A stretch of DNA of 64,000 nt from contig OZ024741.1 of the NCBI GenBank assembly GCA_964016885.1, positions 10,788,001-10,852,000 of the forward strand, written 5' to 3'. Of the stretch, positions 58,601-64,000 are shown piece after piece. The position numbers and the translations under genes were made by a program. Below the pieces are notes generated by a model. It was not told the origin of the DNA. It saw only the letters and a program-made list of their open reading frames with translations, and did not search any database. Numbering within the stretch: position 1 is the first letter of the stretch; the number at the start of each line of letters is the position of its first letter. The stretch is from Eledone cirrhosa. Its lineage: Eukaryota.

Positions 58601-61600
58601 TTTACTGTAGATATATTATACTTTACACTGTTTACTGTAGATATATTATACTTTACACTGTTTACTGTAGATATATTGTACTTTATACTGTTTACTGTAG
58701 ACATATTGTACTTTACACTGTTTGCTGTAGATATATTGTAATTTACACTGTTTACTGTAGATATATTGTACTTTATATTGTTTACTGTAGACATATTTTA
58801 CTTTATACTGTTTACTGTAGATATATTGTACTTTACACTGTTTACTGTAGATATATTGTACTTTATACTGTTTACTGTAGACATATTGTACTTTACACTG
58901 TTTACTGGAGATACATTGTAGTTTACACTGTTTACTGTAGATATATTGTGCTTTGTACTGTTTACTGTAGACATATTGTACTTTACACTGTAGATATATT
59001 GTACGTTACATTGTTCACTGTAGATGTATTGTACTTTATACTGTCACTGTAGGTATATTGTACTTTACACTGTTTACTGTAGATATATTGTACTTTACAC
59101 TGTTTACTGTAGGTATTTTGTACTTTGCACTGTTTACTGTAGATATATCGTATGTTATACTGTTTACTGTAGATATATTTACTTTATAGTGTTTACTGTA
59201 GATATATTGTACTTTATACTGTTTACTGTAGATATATTGTACTTTACACAGTTTACTGTAGATATATTGTACGTTACACTGTTCACTGTAGATATATTGT
59301 ACTTTAATCTGTTTACAGTAGATACATTGTACTTTACACGGTTTACTGTACATATATTGTACTTTACACTGTTTATAGTAGATATATTGTACTTTACACT
59401 ATTTACTGTAGACATATCCTACTTTACACTGTTCACTGTAGATATATTGTACTTTACACTGTTTACAGTAGATATTTTGTACTTTACACTGTTTACTGTA
59501 GATATATTGTATTTTATACTGTTTACTGTAGATATATTGTACTTTATACTGTTTACTGTAGATATATTGTACTTTATACTGTTTTCTGTAGACATATTGT
59601 ACTTTATACTGTTTACTGTAGATATATTGTACCTTACACTGTTTACTGTAGATATATTGTACTTTACACTGTTTACTGTAGATATATTGTACTTTACACT
59701 GTTTTCTGTAGATATATTATATTTTACACTGCTTACTGTAGATATATTGTACTTTATGCTGTTTACTGTAGACATATTGTACTTTACACTGTTTACTGTA
59801 GATATATTGTAGTTTACACTGTTTACTGTAGATATATTGTCCTTTATACTGTTTACTGTAGATATATTGTACTTTACACTGTTTACTGTAGATATATTGT
59901 ACTTTACACTGTTTACTGTAGACATATTGTACTTTATACTGTTTACTGTAGATATATTGTACTTTATACTGTAGATATATTGTACGTTACATTGTTCACT
60001 GTAGGTATATTGTACGTTACATTGTTCACTGTAGATGTATTGTACTTTATTCTGTCACTGTAGGTGTAATGTACTTTACACTGTTTACTGTAGATATATT
60101 GTACTTTACACTGTTTACTGTAGATATTTTGTACTTTACACTGTTTACTGTAGATATATTGTATGTTATACTGTTTACTGTAGACATATTGTACTTTACA
60201 CTGTTTACTTAAGATATATTGTAGTTTACACTGTTTACTGTAGATATATTGTACTTTGTACTGTTTACTGTAGACATATTGTATTTTATACTGTTTACTG
60301 TAGATATATTGTACTTTATACTGTTTACTGTAGATATATTATAGTTTACATTGTTCACTGTAGATATATTGTACTTTACACTGTTTACTGTAGATATATT
60401 GTATTTTATACTGTTTACTGTAGATATATTGTACTTTATACTTCTTACTATAGATATATTGTACTTTACACTGTTTACCGTAGATACATTGTACTTTACA
60501 CGGTTTACTGAACATATATTGTACTTTACACTGTTTATAGTAGATATATTGTACTTTACACTATTTACTGTAGATATATTCTACTTTACACTGTTCACTC
60601 TAAATATATTGTATTTTATACTGTTTACTGTAGATATATTGTACTTTATACTGTTTACTGTAGATATATTGTACTTTATACTGTTTACTGTAGATATATT
60701 GTACTTTATACTATTTACTGTAGACATATTGTACTTTATACTGTTTACTGTAGATATATTGTACTTTACACTGTTTACTGTAGATATATTGTACTTTACA
60801 CTGTTTACTGTAGATATATTGTACTTTATACTGTTTACAGTAGATATATTGTACTTTACACTGTTTACTGTAGATATATTATACTTTACACTGTTTACTG
60901 TAGATATATTATACTTTACACTGTTTACTGTAGATATATTGTACTTTATACTGTTTACTGTAGACATATTGTACTTTACACTGTTTGCTGTAGATATATT
61001 GTAATTTACACTGTTTACTGTAGATATATTGTACTTTATATTGTTTACTGTAGACATATTTTACTTTATACTGTTTACTGTAGATATATTGTACTTTACA
61101 CTGTTTACTGTAGATATATTGTACTTTATACTGTTTACTGTAGACATATTGTACTTTACACTGTTTACTGGAGATACATTGTAGTTTACACTGTTTACTG
61201 TAGATATATTGTGCTTTGTACTGTTTACTGTAGACATATTGTACTTTACACTGTAGATATATTGTACGTTACATTGTTCACTGTAGATGTATTGTACTTT
61301 ATACTGTCACTGTAGGTATATTGTACTTTACACTGTTTACTGTAGATATATTGTACTTTACACTGTTTACTGTAGGTATTTTGTACTTTGCACTGTTTAC
61401 TGTAGATATATCGTATGTTATACTGTTTACTGTAGATATATTTACTTTATAGTGTTTACTGTAGATATATTGTACTTTATACTGTTTACTGTAGATATAT
61501 TGTACTTTACACAGTTTACTGTAGATATATTGTACGTTACACTGTTCACTGTAGATATATTGTACTTTAATCTGTTTACAGTAGATACATTGTACTTTAC

Positions 61601-64000
61601 ACGGTTTACTGTACATATATTGTACTTTACACTGTTTATAGTAGATATATTGTACTTTACACTATTTACTGTAGACATATCCTACTTTACACTGTTCACT
61701 GTAGATATATTGTACTTTACACTGTTTACAGTAGATATTTTGTACTTTACACTGTTTACTGTAGATATATTGTATTTTATACTGTTTACTGTAGATATAT
61801 TGTACTTTATACTGTTTTCTGTAGACATATTGTACTTTATACTGTTTACTGTAGATATAGTGTACCTTACACTGTTTACTGTAGATATATTGTACTTTAC
61901 ACTGTTTACTGTAGATATATTGTACTTTACACTGTTTACTGTAGATATATTGTACTTTATACTGTTTACTGTAGACATATTGTACTTTACACTGTTTACT
62001 GGAGATACATTGTAGTTTACACTGTTTACTGTAGATATATTGTGCTTTGTACTGTTTACTGTAGACATATTGTACTTTACACTGTAGATATATTGTACGT
62101 TACATTGTTCACTGTAGATGTATTGTACTTTATACTGTCACTGTAGGTATATTGTACTTTACACTGTTTACTGTAGATATATTGTACTTTACACTGTTTA
62201 CTGTAGGTATTTTGTACTTTGCACTGTTTACTGTAGATATATCGTATGTTATACTGTTTACTGTAGATATATTTACTTTATAGTGTTTACTGTAGATATA
62301 TTGTACTTTATACTGTTTACTGTAGATATATTGTACTTTACACAGTTTACTGTAGATATATTGTACGTTACACTGTTCACTGTAGATATATTGTACTTTA
62401 ATCTGTTTACAGTAGATACATTGTACTTTACACGGTTTACTGTACATATATTGTACTTTACACTGTTTATAGTAGATATATTGTACTTTACACTATTTAC
62501 TGTAGACATATCCTACTTTACACTGTTCACTGTAGATATATTGTACTTTACACTGTTTACAGTAGATATTTTGTACTTTACACTGTTTACTGTAGATATA
62601 TTGTATTTTATACTGTTTACTGTAGATATATTGTACTTTATACTGTTTACTGTAGATATATTGTACTTTATACTGTTTTCTGTAGACATATTGTACTTTA
62701 TACTGTTTACTGTAGATATATTGTACCTTACACTGTTTACTGTAGATATATTGTACTTTACACTGTTTACTGTAGATATATTGTACTTTACACTGTTTTC
62801 TGTAGATATATTATATTTTACACTGCTTACTGTAGATATATTGTACTTTATGCTGTTTACTGTAGACATATTGTACTTTACACTGTTTACTGTAGATATA
62901 TTGTAGTTTACACTGTTTACTGTAGATATATTGTCCTTTATACTGTTTACTGTAGATATATTGTACTTTACACTGTTTACTGTAGATATATTGTACTTTA
63001 CACTGTTTACTGTAGACATATTGTACTTTATACTGTTTACTGTAGATATATTGTACTTTATACTGTAGATATATTGTACGTTACATTGTTCACTGTAGGT
63101 ATATTGTACGTTACATTGTTCACTGTAGATGTATTGTACTTTATTCTGTCACTGTAGGTGTAATGTACTTTACACTGTTTACTGTAGATATATTGTACTT
63201 TACACTGTTTACTGTAGATATTTTGTACTTTACACTGTTTACTGTAGATATATTGTATGTTATACTGTTTACTGTAGACATATTGTACTTTACACTGTTT
63301 ACTTAAGATATATTGTAGTTTACACTGTTTACTGTAGATATATTGTACTTTGTACTGTTTACTGTAGACATATTGTATTTTATACTGTTTACTGTAGATA
63401 TATTGTACTTTATACTGTTTACTGTAGATATATTATAGTTTACATTGTTCACTGTAGATATATTGTACTTTACACTGTTTACTGTAGATATATTGTATTT
63501 TATACTGTTTACTGTAGATATATTGTACTTTATACTTCTTACTATAGATATATTGTACTTTACACTGTTTACCGTAGATACATTGTACTTTACACGGTTT
63601 ACTGAACATATATTGTACTTTACACTGTTTATAGTAGATATATTGTACTTTACACTATTTACTGTAGATATATTCTACTTTACACTGTTCACTCTAAATA
63701 TATTGTATTTTATACTGTTTACTGTAGATATATTGTACTTTATACTGTTTACTGTAGATATATTGTACTTTACACTGTTTACTGTAGATATATTGTACTT
63801 TATACTGTTTACTGTAGACATATTGTACTTTACACTGTTTGCTGTAGATATATTGTAATTTACACTGTTTACTGTAGATATATTGTACTTTATATTGTTT
63901 ACTGTAGACATATTGTACTTTATACTGTTTATTGTAGATATATTGTACTTTACACTGTTTACTGTAGATATATTGTACTTTATACTGTTTACTGTAGACA
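34660..64000. repeat. 30-bp satellite array with higher-order repeats, running off the window end
   Basis: Consensus TTTACTGTAGATATATTGTACTTTAYACTG; roughly 980 monomers; variant blocks recur at fixed offsets. Confidence 0.98.

Noticed and set aside
34660-64000. Long ORFs (ILYFTLFTVD / KYNISTVNSV repeats) as repeat proteins
   Set aside because: The 30-bp unit is a multiple of 3 and stop-free in several frames on both strands; frequent frameshifts and no unique domains.

Overview
Eukaryotic, AT-rich, microsatellite-saturated genomic DNA. The SINE family and the (TA)n/(CATA)n load suggest a cephalopod such as Octopus (inference). No intact host protein-coding gene is supported, and almost all ORF-track entries are simple-repeat or satellite artefacts. 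Positions 1-34 kb are a nest of retroelements. (i) A full-length but inactivated Dong/R4-clade non-LTR element (RT + CCHC + RLE) sits in (TAA)n. (ii) A (CATA)n hotspot holds truncated R4-like copies and RTE derivatives with C2H2 zinc fingers. (iii) Two Penelope-like (PLE) GIY-YIG remnants, tRNA-derived SINEs, and hAT and piggyBac-type MITEs are present. (iv) Most strikingly, about 14 largely unrelated short elements sit in (TA)n tracts. They carry whole or half type-I hammerhead ribozymes, often with palindromic stem III and very long stem II, are often folded back into DNA palindromes, and share a GAGYRC-like 3' motif. One of these is an ~1.2-kb ribozyme-to-ribozyme unit whose cargo is almost entirely degenerate microsatellite, duplicated as a large inverted repeat. 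Positions 33.8-64 kb are a 36/39-bp satellite followed by ~29 kb of a 30-bp satellite with nested higher-order repeats (3094, 4199 and 7223 bp). All RNA folds were paired by eye and need computational and biochemical confirmation.
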